From: Octopus sinensis
Taxonomy: Eukaryota
DNA: 36,041 bases
Assembly: GCF_006345805.1 (NCBI RefSeq)
Contig: NW_021828040.1
Coordinates: 1-36,041, forward strand
Reading direction: 5' to 3'
Every line of letters starts with the position of its first letter. Position 1 is the first letter of the stretch. The translations under genes and the position numbers were made by a program. The notes under the pieces are model-generated. The model saw only the letters and a list, made by a program, of their open reading frames with translations. It was not told where the DNA came from and did not search any database. This document shows, one piece after another, positions 22,898 through 35,490 of this stretch.

Positions 22898-23972
22898 TCT
22901 CTTAAATATAGAAATCTAAAAACACCTGTCTTGTATTAATTGAAATAACATTGAATATAAATAAATAAATAAATAAATAAATGGAAAGTAAAAAGTGCCG
23001 AATAAAATCAACCTGATATTTATGATGAAATTCTCCTTTCATTTGTATAACTCAACACTAAGAAATATTGTGTTTTGGGACGTTCAATACACCTATAATA
23101 ACACACACTCTGGTTCAATATCACATCTTTATTTTGAATCAACTGGTTAAATATCAAACCAGGCAAGTAATTGATGGTTTGTTTAATGTGATGGTTAAAT
23201 AACTATTCAAATGTTTGTTTGTCAAAGTCGCTTCGTCGCTATTCACGACATCTTCAGTGGTTTCTCCTCTCCCCTCAAAGCTTGCTCTTGAGCGCAGATC
23301 AACAAACAAATGAATGATCGTTTAACCAACATATTAAACAAACAATCGATTAGTTTGTTGGCCAGATATTTAAACGATTGACTAAAAATAAAAAAGTGGA
23401 ATTGAACCAGTGCTTGTGTTATCACGAACAGCTTAATGACCCTCCCAAAATGCATTCAGATTTGTTTCAACACAGGAATTCACATTAAAAATTTTGCAAA
23501 CCACTTACAAAAACGGAGTTTATTACAAAACATATATTGAAAATTTAAATCTAGTTAGAGTTAAGAATTATGAATATATTGCTGTTATTTATTCTCATTA
23601 ATTGTAAACTGACAATTCGATATATTTATCGCTTATCACTACAACTCACGGACAATTTTATTATTATTATTAGTAGTAATTCTAAATACGAGTTAAGTTT
23701 TCCAAATTTCATTACAGATGAGAGATGAAGACGAAAAATAAAATGTCAACCAAAATGGACGCATTTAGCGTCCATTTTAAGGATACGAATATATCTGTCA
23801 GTGAGTTTATATGCACACACGCGCTCACACACACACGCATGCACACACGCACATACACACAATCACACACATGTGCAAACTTATACATAGACAGATAGAT
23901 AGATAGAAAATACAATGAGACTGGAATAAATGCACCAGGCACCCCCACACGAGTACATATACATACATACAT

Positions 23973-24029
23973 TATTCTTTTATTCTTTTACTTGTTTCAG
24001 TCATTTGACTACGGCCATGCTGGAGCACC
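23973..24029 (-). mobile_element. SINE family A 3' tail fragment
   Basis: ttcttttattcttttacttgtttcagtcatttgactacggccatgctggagcacc. Confidence 0.85.
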
Positions 24030-24344
24030 ATTTATATCATATATTTATTTATATTATTATATGATCGAAAGCCACACATCCTTTTCCAAGTTAGTTTTAC
24101 ATACATACATACATATATATATATAAGCATATATAAATATACATTTCTATTTATCTATCACTTTTCGTTATTGTATATATATTATATATTCTTTTTATAT
24201 ATATATGTATATATATATATATATAAGTATATATATATATATATATACAAACATACACATACATAGATACATAACATATATATATATATATATTATATAT
24301 ATATATAATATATATGTGTGTGTGTATATATACATGAAACATTA

Positions 24345-24395
24345 GGCGGTGCCCCAGTATGGCCCCAGTCCAGTAACATAAAAGTATAAAGTAAT
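24345..24395 (+). mobile_element. SINE family A 3' tail fragment, diverged
   Basis: aggcggtgccccagtatggccccagtccagtaac. Confidence 0.55.
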
Positions 24396-24949
24396 GAAGA
24401 GCACACACCCACCCACCCACACCCACACATCTTCCCGTACCCCCACATACATATGTATGTGTGTGTTTGTATGTTTTTGTGTGTATGTGTGTATATAGGA
24501 AACACATTGTTTTTACTTCTCCGTCTCTGCCGATATCTTTTTCTTCTGCTGCTGGTGCTGATGGTGCTGATGGTGGTGATTGTCAAAATGATTGTAGTTA
24601 CATATGAATAGACATATTAATTATATTCAAACTTCCACACATAACATCTCCCTATTCCCCCCCCCCACACACCCGCCCTCCCCGCCATACCACCACATTC
24701 TCCACCCTGAACCCTGGCAAATATTTAGCGTTTGTTTACAGGGCACAAAGGAAGGCGGCAAAAGGGGTTTGACGTTAACCCCTATATCCTTGAGAAACAA
24801 AGGCGACACAAAGGTGTGTATCTATGTGTGTGTGTGTGTATGTGTGTGTGTGTGTATACTTGTGAGTTCTATATACGCAAGTATAGAGTGTGAGCGGCGT
24901 GGCGGCGTGGCAGATCGGTACAGAGTAAAAAAAATATACAAATTGTAAT

Positions 24950-25044
24950 GGTGATGGTGGTGGGGGTGGGTTGGGTGAACCAAGCAGTGATTAAATGAAT
25001 AGTGATGAGAAGAACGGTAGTGGTGGTGGTGGTAATGATGATGG

Positions 25045-25076
<32 letters not shown>

Positions 25077-25329
25077 TTGATCGCGATGATGAAGGTCATG
25101 ACGATGTTGATAATGAATTTCAGGATTTTGTTAATGTTGGCGATGGTGTTGGGGATTGTTGAGACGTTGGCATGAATGTGTATATATCTGTATGCATTAA
25201 TATATATATATATATTTATGTATATATATATTCTTTGTATGTCAGCATATGTCAATATGTGTATTTACGTTTTATGAATGTGCATATCTATACATACTTA
25301 CATACAAACATACATACATGCATACTCAC

Positions 25330-25388
<59 letters not shown>

Positions 25389-25662
25389 ACATATACACAT
25401 AAACATAAGCACATACAAATACACACACATACATACATAGATACATAGATACACACACGTATATATATATATATATATATAATATGCACTCGCAGTTACA
25501 CACACACACATTCATTAATTCCTAAAGAAAGACGATAAAGAATGTGATTTCAGCAATGAATTCCAAGGAAAATAGGCGGCGGATGTGAAAAAGTGGGGTT
25601 AAATAATAACAACAACAGCAACAGCAACAACAACAATAGCAATAATATCAATGATAATAATG

Positions 25663-25734
<72 letters not shown>

Positions 25735-25790
25735 TAATAATAACAACAATAATAATAATGAGGAGGAGGAGGAATAGGAGGTGAAGAAGA
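24950..25790. repeat. (GAT)n/(GGT)n, (TA)n and (AAT)n microsatellite block
   Basis: Directly visible. Confidence 0.9.
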
Positions 25791-26119
25791 ACAATAAGAA
25801 GAAAAACCAACAACCACAAGTAAGAATAAAGAATAAACTAGAAGAAGAGGCTTTTGTCTGGGGCAGAAAGTAAAAAAAATATTCAAAAACTGGATAAAGT
25901 ATAGAATTTAAGGAACAATCTGGAGGATAAAGTTCAGAAAAGTGCTGAAGTGGAGGAGAAGGAGGTGAAAATAGAATATATGAAAGGTGAACGACAGTGT
26001 ATGTAGAGATGGAATATTATTTCAAAAATCATATTAACAATTTGAAAGAATGAACATAAATGAAAATAAAGATACAAAAATAGAGAGGTTACGTGAGCAA
26101 ATATTTCCAACACCTAAGC

Positions 26120-26230
26120 ACGTATACATACTTACATACATATATGTATATATACATATATATACATACATACATTAATGCATGCATACACACACATGCA
26201 TACATACATATTTATACATACATATATATC

Positions 26231-26292
<62 letters not shown>

Positions 26293-26405
26293 CATACTAT
26301 ATATATACGTATACGTATACATATATATCTACGTATACATATATATACACATATAAGTGTATATATATATAACCGTGCACACAGACAGACACGCGGGCTC
26401 ATATA

Positions 26406-26477
<72 letters not shown>

Positions 26478-26645
26478 CATACATATACATATATGTATAT
26501 GTACATATATATATATGTATATATATATGCACATATATACATACATATATCTACATATATATATGTATACATATATATATATATATATATACATATGTGT
26601 GTTTGTATATATATATAACGTATATACCGCATATATATGTATATA
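26120..26645. repeat. Long (TA)n/(TACA)n microsatellite
   Basis: Directly visible. Confidence 0.95.
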
Positions 26646-27522
26646 GACGGTTGTGTTCGCAATATGTGGCGCAGTAATGTCATTGAGTGTCATTTGAAGT
26701 TTGTTAATTAGGCGTCATTATTATATTTTTAAATTGTGCCTGGAGAAGTGTTTGACTGGTGTAAATTATATTGACGGAGGTGTATTGTATGGGTGGTGGT
26801 GGCGGTGGTGGTTGTGTTGAGGCGGGGGTAAAGGGAAGGGGTGTACGGGGGGAGGGAGAGGAGGAATGAGAAGGTGGAGTATGACATTAAGAGGAAGTAT
26901 AGCATGACGAACTTGAAGAGGAGGAAGAGCAAGAAGAATGATGAATAAGGAGAAGGAGGAGGAGGAGTAGAAGAAGAAGAAAAGAAAAAGAAGGAAAGGA
27001 GAAGGAAAAGAAGAAGAATATTAAACATGAGACGATGATGATGATGAAGAAGAAGAAAAAACTGAAGAATTCAGAGAATAAGAGAAAAAGAAGAAAATGA
27101 TATCATTTAAGAAGTTTGAGGGAAAAATTAATTAAAAATGCGAATAAGAATTATTAAGAGTATAATTAGCAAAATAAGAATAATGAGAGGATTACAGAAG
27201 AGGAGGAGGTGGAGGCCAAGTGGGAGGATGTTGTGGAAAATGAAACTAGGAGTAGATATTTGATATATATATATTTGATCTTTGATATTTCTAGTATGAA
27301 GGAAAATATTGAATTTATTTGGTCCAGCAGGAAGTCCATCTAACATTCTAGATCATTGATGTTAGGGTTTCAGTAGTTTCAGAAGTATGTATGTAGGTAT
27401 GTATGTATGGATATTTGTACGTATGTATATACATGCATGTATATTCGTACATACATACATACACAAACAAACACACACACACACACATACACACGCACAC
27501 ATATATGTACATATATATATAT

Positions 27523-27703
27523 CTGGACTGCTGAAATCTACAAGTTTTTTTCATTCTCTCTGTTTATTTTCTCTTATTCCTTTCTGCTGAGGAGCGTAGG
27601 CTCGAAACGTTAAAGACTTTTTCATTTTTCCCGAGCGTCAAGCTAATACATCTGCTTGTTGTTCATAAACCTGTCTTCTTTCGTTTTTCTATAAATTTCA
27701 GCT
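27523..27703 (+). mobile_element. Family D: short Penelope pLTR-like repeat with hammerhead-like motif, copy 1
   Basis: ttcctttctgctgaggagcgtaggctcgaaacgttaaagac...cccgagcgtcaagctaataca...taaatttcagct; homologous to the copies at 29125, 30341 and 32014. Confidence 0.75.
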
Positions 27704-27805
27704 ATACACACACATACACAGACACATATACATACATATATATATATGCATTCATATATATACATACATATATATATTTATATACATACGTACATATATA
27801 TATAT

Positions 27806-27874
<69 letters not shown>

Positions 27875-27891
27875 GTGTGTGTGGTGTGTGT

Positions 27892-27944
<53 letters not shown>

Positions 27945-28227
27945 TTGTTTTTTTCCGTCTTTGTTGCTGTACACATTCCCTAGCTTACTTACAAAGGGGT
28001 CTAATGCTCTTAGCTTAGACTTTTTGGAGGACAACCAGATCGAACCATCTCAAGTGTAACTGTCCGAAATGGTTGTGACGTCTGGTACTTGTCTGATGAA
28101 TGTAAGCGAAGAATGACCTGTCTTTTCCTGCCTGTTCTACTTGTTGTTTCTCTTGTCCGCCTCTGTGTTGTCTATCTGTCCGAACGTTGTAATGCCCTCT
28201 ATTGTGTATTTTTTTTTGTTCCATTTA

Positions 28228-29018
28228 TATATAAACTTAGATAAACTTAGATATGTTTCGACCAAAGATTGGTCCAGGCCATGTCTAACTTAATAACACC
28301 ACCTGATAGGATCATTTGAATCCTGTTTAAGTCAGGTTTTGCTTATGGTCCATTGAAGTAGTGAGTTTTTGTTGGGTAAGTTGTATCCAATTATGGGTGG
28401 CTTATCTGGTATTCCTTGAAGGAATCTATCCAGACTCCGTTTAAAGTTGATCGGATCCTTTTCCTCTTTAATCTCTTTCAGGACAATGTTAAATTGGGCA
28501 GGGCCTGTTGAGGAAAAGAAATTATGTTGCAGTGTACATGTATGCTGTGATCTGGAATTGGGCAGGGGACGTATGGCCCGTGGTCCCAGTCTTGGATGAA
28601 CCTTGAAGCTAATGTTCAGGTCGTTTGGGCAAAGTTGGCGGTATATTCTCCACATCGTACAAATGATGTACCGCTCACGGCGAAGCTGGAGAGAGTAGAG
28701 TTTCAAGGCTTTAAGGCGATCCCAATAATCGAGAGCAGCCATACCTTCAATTCGTTTAGTGAGTGCCCTCTGGGGTGATTCAATCCTCGAGATGTTTTGT
28801 CTTGTATGGAGAGACCACTGTGGTCAGCAGTATTCGAGGTGTGGCCGTACAAAGGAGGGGAAAAGTGGTATGATGACACCTTGTTCTCTGGAACGGAAAG
28901 TTCTTAAGATCCAGGAACACATCCTACATATCCTACATCCTTCTTGTTGATGTGTGCATTCCAACTGAGATCGTCATCAACAATTACACCCAGGTCTCTG
29001 ATATTGTTAGTGGCTGTG
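28228..29018 (-). mobile_element. CR1/L2-group LINE 3' fragment (RT C-terminus, 3'UTR and tandem tail)
   Basis: NIRDLGVIVDDDLSWNAHIN..., then after a short duplication/frameshift WILRTFRSRE...FVRPHLEYC*PQWS...IESPQRALTKRIEGMAALDYWDRLKALKLYSLQLRRERY...FKRSLDRFL. Tail is the 10-mer (ataaacttag)x2 at 28231-28250. Confidence 0.9.
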
Positions 29019-29070
29019 AATATATACATATATATATATATAGACATTTTATATATACATATATACATAT

Positions 29071-29124
<54 letters not shown>

Positions 29125-29126
<2 letters not shown>

Positions 29127-29326
29127 ACCTCTGTCCAGCCAGCCTCCATGATTGATCGCTAGCTCTAAATTTTTTAATTCTTTCTCTGTATATTTTCCAT
29201 TCCTTTCTGTTGAAGAGCATAGTCTCGAAACATGAAAGATTTTTTCACCTTCCTGAGCATTTGACTAATACACCTGTTGTTGTTTATACACCTATCTTCG
29301 TCTTTTGTTTTTCTGTAAATTTCAAC
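29125..29326 (+). mobile_element. Family D copy 2
   Basis: ttcctttctgttgaagagcatagtctcgaaacatgaaaga...actaatacacctg...gtcttttgtttttctgtaaatttcaact, followed by (TA)n. Confidence 0.78.
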
Positions 29327-29330
29327 TATA

Positions 29331-29425
<95 letters not shown>

Positions 29426-29426
29426 T

Positions 29427-30332
<906 letters not shown>

Positions 30333-30340
30333 CAAATATA

Positions 30341-30530
30341 GTTCAAATTTACAGAAAATATAGGACGAAGGCAAGCGAGAGAAAAGCAAGCAGGTGTATT
30401 AGTTTGATGTGCGGGAAGAATGGAAAAGTCTTTGAAGTTTCGGGCCAAGGCCTTCAAAAAAAAGAAAAAGGGGGTCTGAGAGGAAAAAAAATGGAGAGCG
30501 AACAAAAAAGGAAAAAGAGGTGGAGAGAGT
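30341..30530 (-). mobile_element. Family D copy 3, diverged
   Basis: Reverse complement ...ttgaaggccttggcccgaaacttcaaagacttttccattcttcccgcacatcaaactaatacacctgcttg...ttttctgtaaatttgaact. Confidence 0.7.
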
Positions 30531-30939
30531 AAAGAATGCGTAGGGATTAACGGTTCCGCATGATGAAATGACCCCCAAGAAATTCAATGGAGGATTTGGA
30601 GACAGGGCAGGAGAATTCGAGGGCATGATAGAAAAGCTTGATGAGTGGTGTTGAAAAGATCCTGTCTTTAAGGGCATCACGAAAGGCCTGCTTAGAGACC
30701 CAACTTCCAAGTTCTTTTATAAGGCTTAGAAAAACTGAACGATCGGTACAATAAGTGTGTGAATCTGAGAGGGAAATATGTTGAGCAAAATCATAATTAA
30801 CTGATGCTCCTGTATATTCTTTTACCCGAAATCCGGAACTTTTCTCTACTCCTCCGTATATTCCGGAATTGCTGTCATTGCCTTTTCTCTTTTTTATTTG
30901 TCTTTATTATTTCATAGATTAATGAGGGCATTTCAGGGG

Positions 30940-31070
30940 CAGTAACGCGGCAGAATCGTTAGAAATCCGAATAAATGAAAAAAAATAGCTTTTCTTCCGC
31001 TAAATCACGTTCTCTGCTCAAATCCACTGAGGTCTCTTAGACTTTTATTCTTTCGAGGTCGAGAAATGGG
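30940..31070 (+). mobile_element. Degenerate SINE family B
   Basis: gcggcagaatcgttag...cacgttctctgctcaaatccactgaggtc...ttctttcgaggtcgag. Confidence 0.6.
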
Positions 31071-31356
31071 GGCGATGAAATTAACTAACGTTCCTCTACT
31101 TGAAAACTGAGGTAGAAACACGAAGGTGCAACAAAAAATATATACATTTTGTTTTTGTATATGATTTGCAAGATTCTTTATATGAGTTCGTGTGTTGAAG
31201 CATATTTTGTTGTATCTGGGGAGAGTCATTCTCTTTTAGTGCCTTATTATTTAACACACTCACCGGTAACATTTCCACTTATTTACTTCTTTATATTTTC
31301 TAAAACTTTCGTTGCTTCTTGCAACCATTTCAATATATATACATATATATATACAT

Positions 31357-31443
<87 letters not shown>

Positions 31444-31472
31444 GTATATGTATATGTATATATGTATATATG

Positions 31473-31540
<68 letters not shown>

Positions 31541-31599
31541 ATATTATATATATATATAAAACATGTCTAGGTAGTGGATAGCGATTTTCTTCACTACTT

Positions 31600-31920
31600 C
31601 AGGAAGTGACGACCCTGCCTGACACGAGTCCCGGCTCAGCTGGCTCCAGCTGGCAGTACCCGGAATGGGCCCTTATCCAGGGTTACGGAGAGGAGAGAAC
31701 CTTCAAAGAAATTTGGAGTTGAGCCCCATAGGCGGTTTAGTGTTCGACTCGACACTCTTCTGGCACATTCTGCAACCAAGCTAGTGCCAAACGTAATGCT
31801 CTGCACTCCTTTGGACTACATCAGCAAGGTCGAGAGATGAATCCTGACGATTGGAATACCCAGTATTTTCTTACATCTAGCCCAGGCCTGCGCAAAAGTG
31901 GAGAGGAAACTGGAGAGGAC
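31600..31920 (+). mobile_element. GC-rich repeat-like segment, possibly an RTE LINE 5'UTR fragment
   Basis: GC-rich island with no ORF. ggagttgagccccataggcggtttag and gccaaacgtaatgctctgcactcctttggactacatcagc resemble mollusc RTE 5' regions by recall only. Confidence 0.35.
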
Positions 31921-32013
31921 ATGAGATGTAAAAACCAGACTGGATTAGTTTATGCACAACTCCATTGTCTCCCAAGACAAAAGGGTGCCAACAAGGTGCC
32001 AACAATATACCAT

Positions 32014-32120
32014 GCATAGGGTTGAAACGTCAAAGACTTTTCCATCCTCCCCGAGCGTTAAACTAACACACCTCATGTTCCTGCGCTTGTCTTCGTCTCT
32101 TGCATTCAGCAAATTTAAAC
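32014..32120 (+). mobile_element. Family D copy 4, 5'-truncated
   Basis: gcatagggttgaaacgtcaaagactttccatcctccccgagcgttaaactaacacacc...gtcttcgtc...aaatttaaact, followed by (TATC)n. Confidence 0.72.
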
Positions 32121-32233
32121 TATATCTATCTATCTATCTATCTCTATCTATCTATCATCTATCTATCTATCTATCTATCTATATATCTATCTATCTATCT
32201 ATCTATCTATCTGTTATCTATCTATCTATATCT

Positions 32234-32316
<83 letters not shown>

Positions 32317-33289
32317 TATATATATATATTATATATAGTATAATGTACCAAGACTAGTGTATAAATGACTGAGATATTTCTGCATCAAATTTCAAACAAA
32401 ATCAGATTCGTAAACACGTTTAAGTGCAAGGAAACCAGACATAGATAAAGAATATTCTCGACAAGAGGAACAGTTAATGTGAAAGCAATTTTTAAAGATT
32501 TTAATACATTTCGGATCAACTTAGTTAAGATATTAATACTTGCAGTGGAAAAGTATTTTGATTAAAAACAGAAAATGTACCGAGGAAAATTAGTGGAAAG
32601 ATTCGATGAAAAATTATGGATTTGCATAAAGTATGCTTGTGTCATCGACTCGCTCCTCGTTATATTTAGGGACAGGTCCAGGCGTGTTCTGTATAGGGGA
32701 ACACCATCAATCATGGAGGAGAGACCTTGTCGATATTATTACCACCTCTAACTGAGATATATATATATGAGCACACACAAGCATTCACATACATATATAT
32801 GCATGTATGTATATTTATATAAAAGTGCACATATATATATATATATATATATAATATATATATATATATTATATAATATATATATGTGTGTGTGTGTGTG
32901 TGTGTTTATTTGTATGTATGCACATATATACATACCAAACGCACACATACATGTAGATATGCATTCACAGAGAAAGACACATCAATATATATGCTTCTGA
33001 GCTTACTATACACTGAGTAACTGTAAAAATCACCTCCACTCTTTCTCCTCCTCTCGCTCCCTCCACTCTCTCTTCCTATCTAACTGTCTATGGATCAACC
33101 TCTCTATATGTCTAGTTATCTCCGTATAGAAAGATATACGCCCGCGCCTGCGCGCACACATTTAATTTTGTGCCTTATCAATGTCTGAAATAAACTTTCG
33201 AAATAGATACCATTGTTCACACGAAAACAATACAGCTTCCTGTGTGACTGACCATGAAAATGAAAGAACGTTGTAGCATATAATGTTAT

Positions 33290-33318
33290 CAATAATAATG
33301 ATGATGATAATAATAATA

Positions 33319-33370
<52 letters not shown>

Positions 33371-33373
33371 TAA

Positions 33374-33424
<51 letters not shown>

Positions 33425-33445
33425 GATGATGATGATGACGATGAT
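33290..33445. repeat. (AAT)n/(GAT)n tract
   Basis: Directly visible; corresponds to the (ATT)n tail of the minus-strand SINE next to it. Confidence 0.95.
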
Positions 33446-33656
33446 AATCCTTTCTTCTATAGCTACAGGGCCTGAAATTTGAGGGGAGGGGCTATTCGAT
33501 TACATCAATACCAGTGCTCAACTGGAACTTATTTTATCGACCCCAAACAGATGAAAGGCAGAGTCGACTTCGGCGGAATTTGAACTCTGAACATAAAGAC
33601 AGACGAAATGCCGCTAAACATTTCGCTCTATGTGATGACGATTCTGCCAGCGTGCC
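33446..33656 (-). mobile_element. SINE family B full copy
   Basis: gggcctgaaattt...ccagtgctcaactggaacttattttatcgacccc...ggcggaatttgaactc...cgattctgccagc. Confidence 0.9.
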
Positions 33657-33702
33657 TAATAATAATAATAATAATAATAAAATAATAATAATAATAATGA
33701 TA

Positions 33703-34389
33703 AATGCCCTGATGCAGTACCAGGCAGTGGCTCTCATGGCTTCTGATCTTAACTGATTGGAAGTGTTATCATGTACATTGTTTTGTCTTGGTATAAAAGA
33801 TGGGCTACAGCAAATATTCTGCTCAATACCACAATGCCCTGATGCAGTACCAGGCAGTGGCTCTCATGGCTTCTGATCTTAACTGATTGGAAGTGTTATC
33901 ATGTACATTGTTTTGTCTTGGTATAAAAGATGGGCTACAGCAAATATTCTGCTCAATACCACAGATTTGCTTGTCAGTTGTTTGACCTTAACCAGTTGAG
34001 CATGTCCCTTAGTGGCTGACGATATGTGCATCTCTGATCACGAGCAGAAGTAGTGGGGGAGCATCATAGCCATGTGTTGCGAGGGATTCTTTGGGGTTTG
34101 AATAGTTCACCTCTGGAAACATGGGTGGTTCTTTCAACATCCTTAAACAACCCTTATTCAGGGACCGTTTGAGCGGGATGGGCTACTCAACCTGAAGAAA
34201 ATTCTAACTGGGCCCCACCTGCAAGGTCATGTGCTGTTTATCTTGATATGAGATCACCATGTCGCGCACATATGGTTGTGATGCATGTGCCTGGTGTACC
34301 TTTATCAGACAGGTAGTCATGATGGGTATATTGGGCTTCGTATATTTTACCCTATTGTCACTTTGATGGCATGAACTGCTCTCTCACTC
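33703..34389 (+). mobile_element. ~555-bp (AAT)n-embedded element, copy 2 (33835-34389), preceded by an exact 130-bp duplication of its 5' end
   Basis: aatgccctgatgcagtacc...gctcaataccac repeated at 33703-33832 and 33833-33962; ends ...catgaactgctctctcactc|aataat. Confidence 0.92.
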
Positions 34390-34393
34390 AATA

Positions 34394-34460
<67 letters not shown>

Positions 34461-35020
34461 TGCCCTGATGCAGTACCAGGTAGTGGCTCTCATGGCTTCT
34501 GATCTTAACTGATTGGAAGTGTTATCATATACATTGTTTTGTCTTGGTAGAAAAGATAGGCTACAGCAAATATTCTGCTCAATACCACAGATTTGCTTGT
34601 CAGTTGCTTGACCTTAACCAGTTGAGCATGTCCCTTGGTGGCTGACGATATGTGCATCTCTGATCACGAGCAGAAATAGGTGGAGGGAGAATCATAGGCA
34701 TGTTTTGAGAGGAGTTCTTTGGGGTTTGGATAAATCACCTGTGGAAATATGGGTATTTCGTTCAACATCCTTAAACAACCTTTATTCAGGGACCTTTTGA
34801 GCGGTATGGGCAACTCAGCGAGAAGGAAATTCTAACAAAACCCCATCAACAAGTCATGTGCCGTTAGTCTTGTTATGAGAACACCGTATCGCACACAAAT
34901 GGTTGTGATGCATGTGCCTGATGTACCATTATCAGACGGATAGTCATGATGGGTATATTGGGCTTTGTATATTTGTACCACCAGTGTGTCACAGTGATGG
35001 CATGCGCTGCTTTCTCAATC
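34461..35020 (+). mobile_element. ~555-bp (AAT)n-embedded element, copy 3, more diverged
   Basis: tgccctgatgcagtaccaggtagtgg...ggcatgcgctgctttctcaatc|aataatgat; colinear with copy 2. Confidence 0.9.
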
Positions 35021-35044
35021 AATAATGATGATGATGATGATAAT

Positions 35045-35316
35045 AGCCCCAAAATGGCAGAAATTCAAATGACAGTGTTCATGGGAACTGCCCATATCCT
35101 ACGTAAAATACCGTCTATGTAATCTCAAATTTTAAAACAGACTCATAATTTGCTTATGGTTTCTTAAACATTCTCTAGAACAACACTAAGTACAAAACCA
35201 AATATATGACAGTCTAGGCATAACACCAACATGAACTTCTAACTTGTTGTCTCTTGAGGTCTCTGGGTGAGACTTGGAGCCAACTTGTACAAATGCAAAG
35301 CAAAAGTCAAACATAA
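35045..35316 (+). mobile_element. R4/Dong-like non-LTR retrotransposon 3' end with (AAT)n tail
   Basis: SPKMAEIQMTVFMGTAHILRKIPSM* (35045-35122) matches the R4/Dong C-terminus IQK..LLGTA.ILRK.L. The 3'UTR contains tcttgaggtctctgggtgagacttgga; (AAT)n follows at 35317-35365. Confidence 0.75.
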
Positions 35317-35444
35317 AATAATAATTATAAAATAATAATAATAATAATAATAATAATGATGATGATTAACAATTACATAACTAAAGAATAAAAATGTATC
35401 TCAGCATTTGTTCCGTCTCTTTATGTTTGGACTTCAATCTTCTT

Positions 35445-35490
35445 GACTTTCCCTTCTTTCGGGGTCGATAAATAAAGCTCACTAGATGAA
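35445..35490 (+). mobile_element. SINE family B core fragment
   Basis: ttgactttcccttctttcggggtcgataaataaag. Confidence 0.55.

Noticed and set aside
27983-28059. Candidate terminal exon ([24 protein letters not shown])
   Set aside because: Weak acceptor, phase incompatible with the 5533 candidate, and no homology recognised.
28255-28285. gacc-loop-ggtc-gaaac hairpin in the CR1 3'UTR (minus strand) as a hammerhead
   Set aside because: No CUGANGA core upstream; more likely the usual CR1-type 3' stem-loop before the tandem tail.
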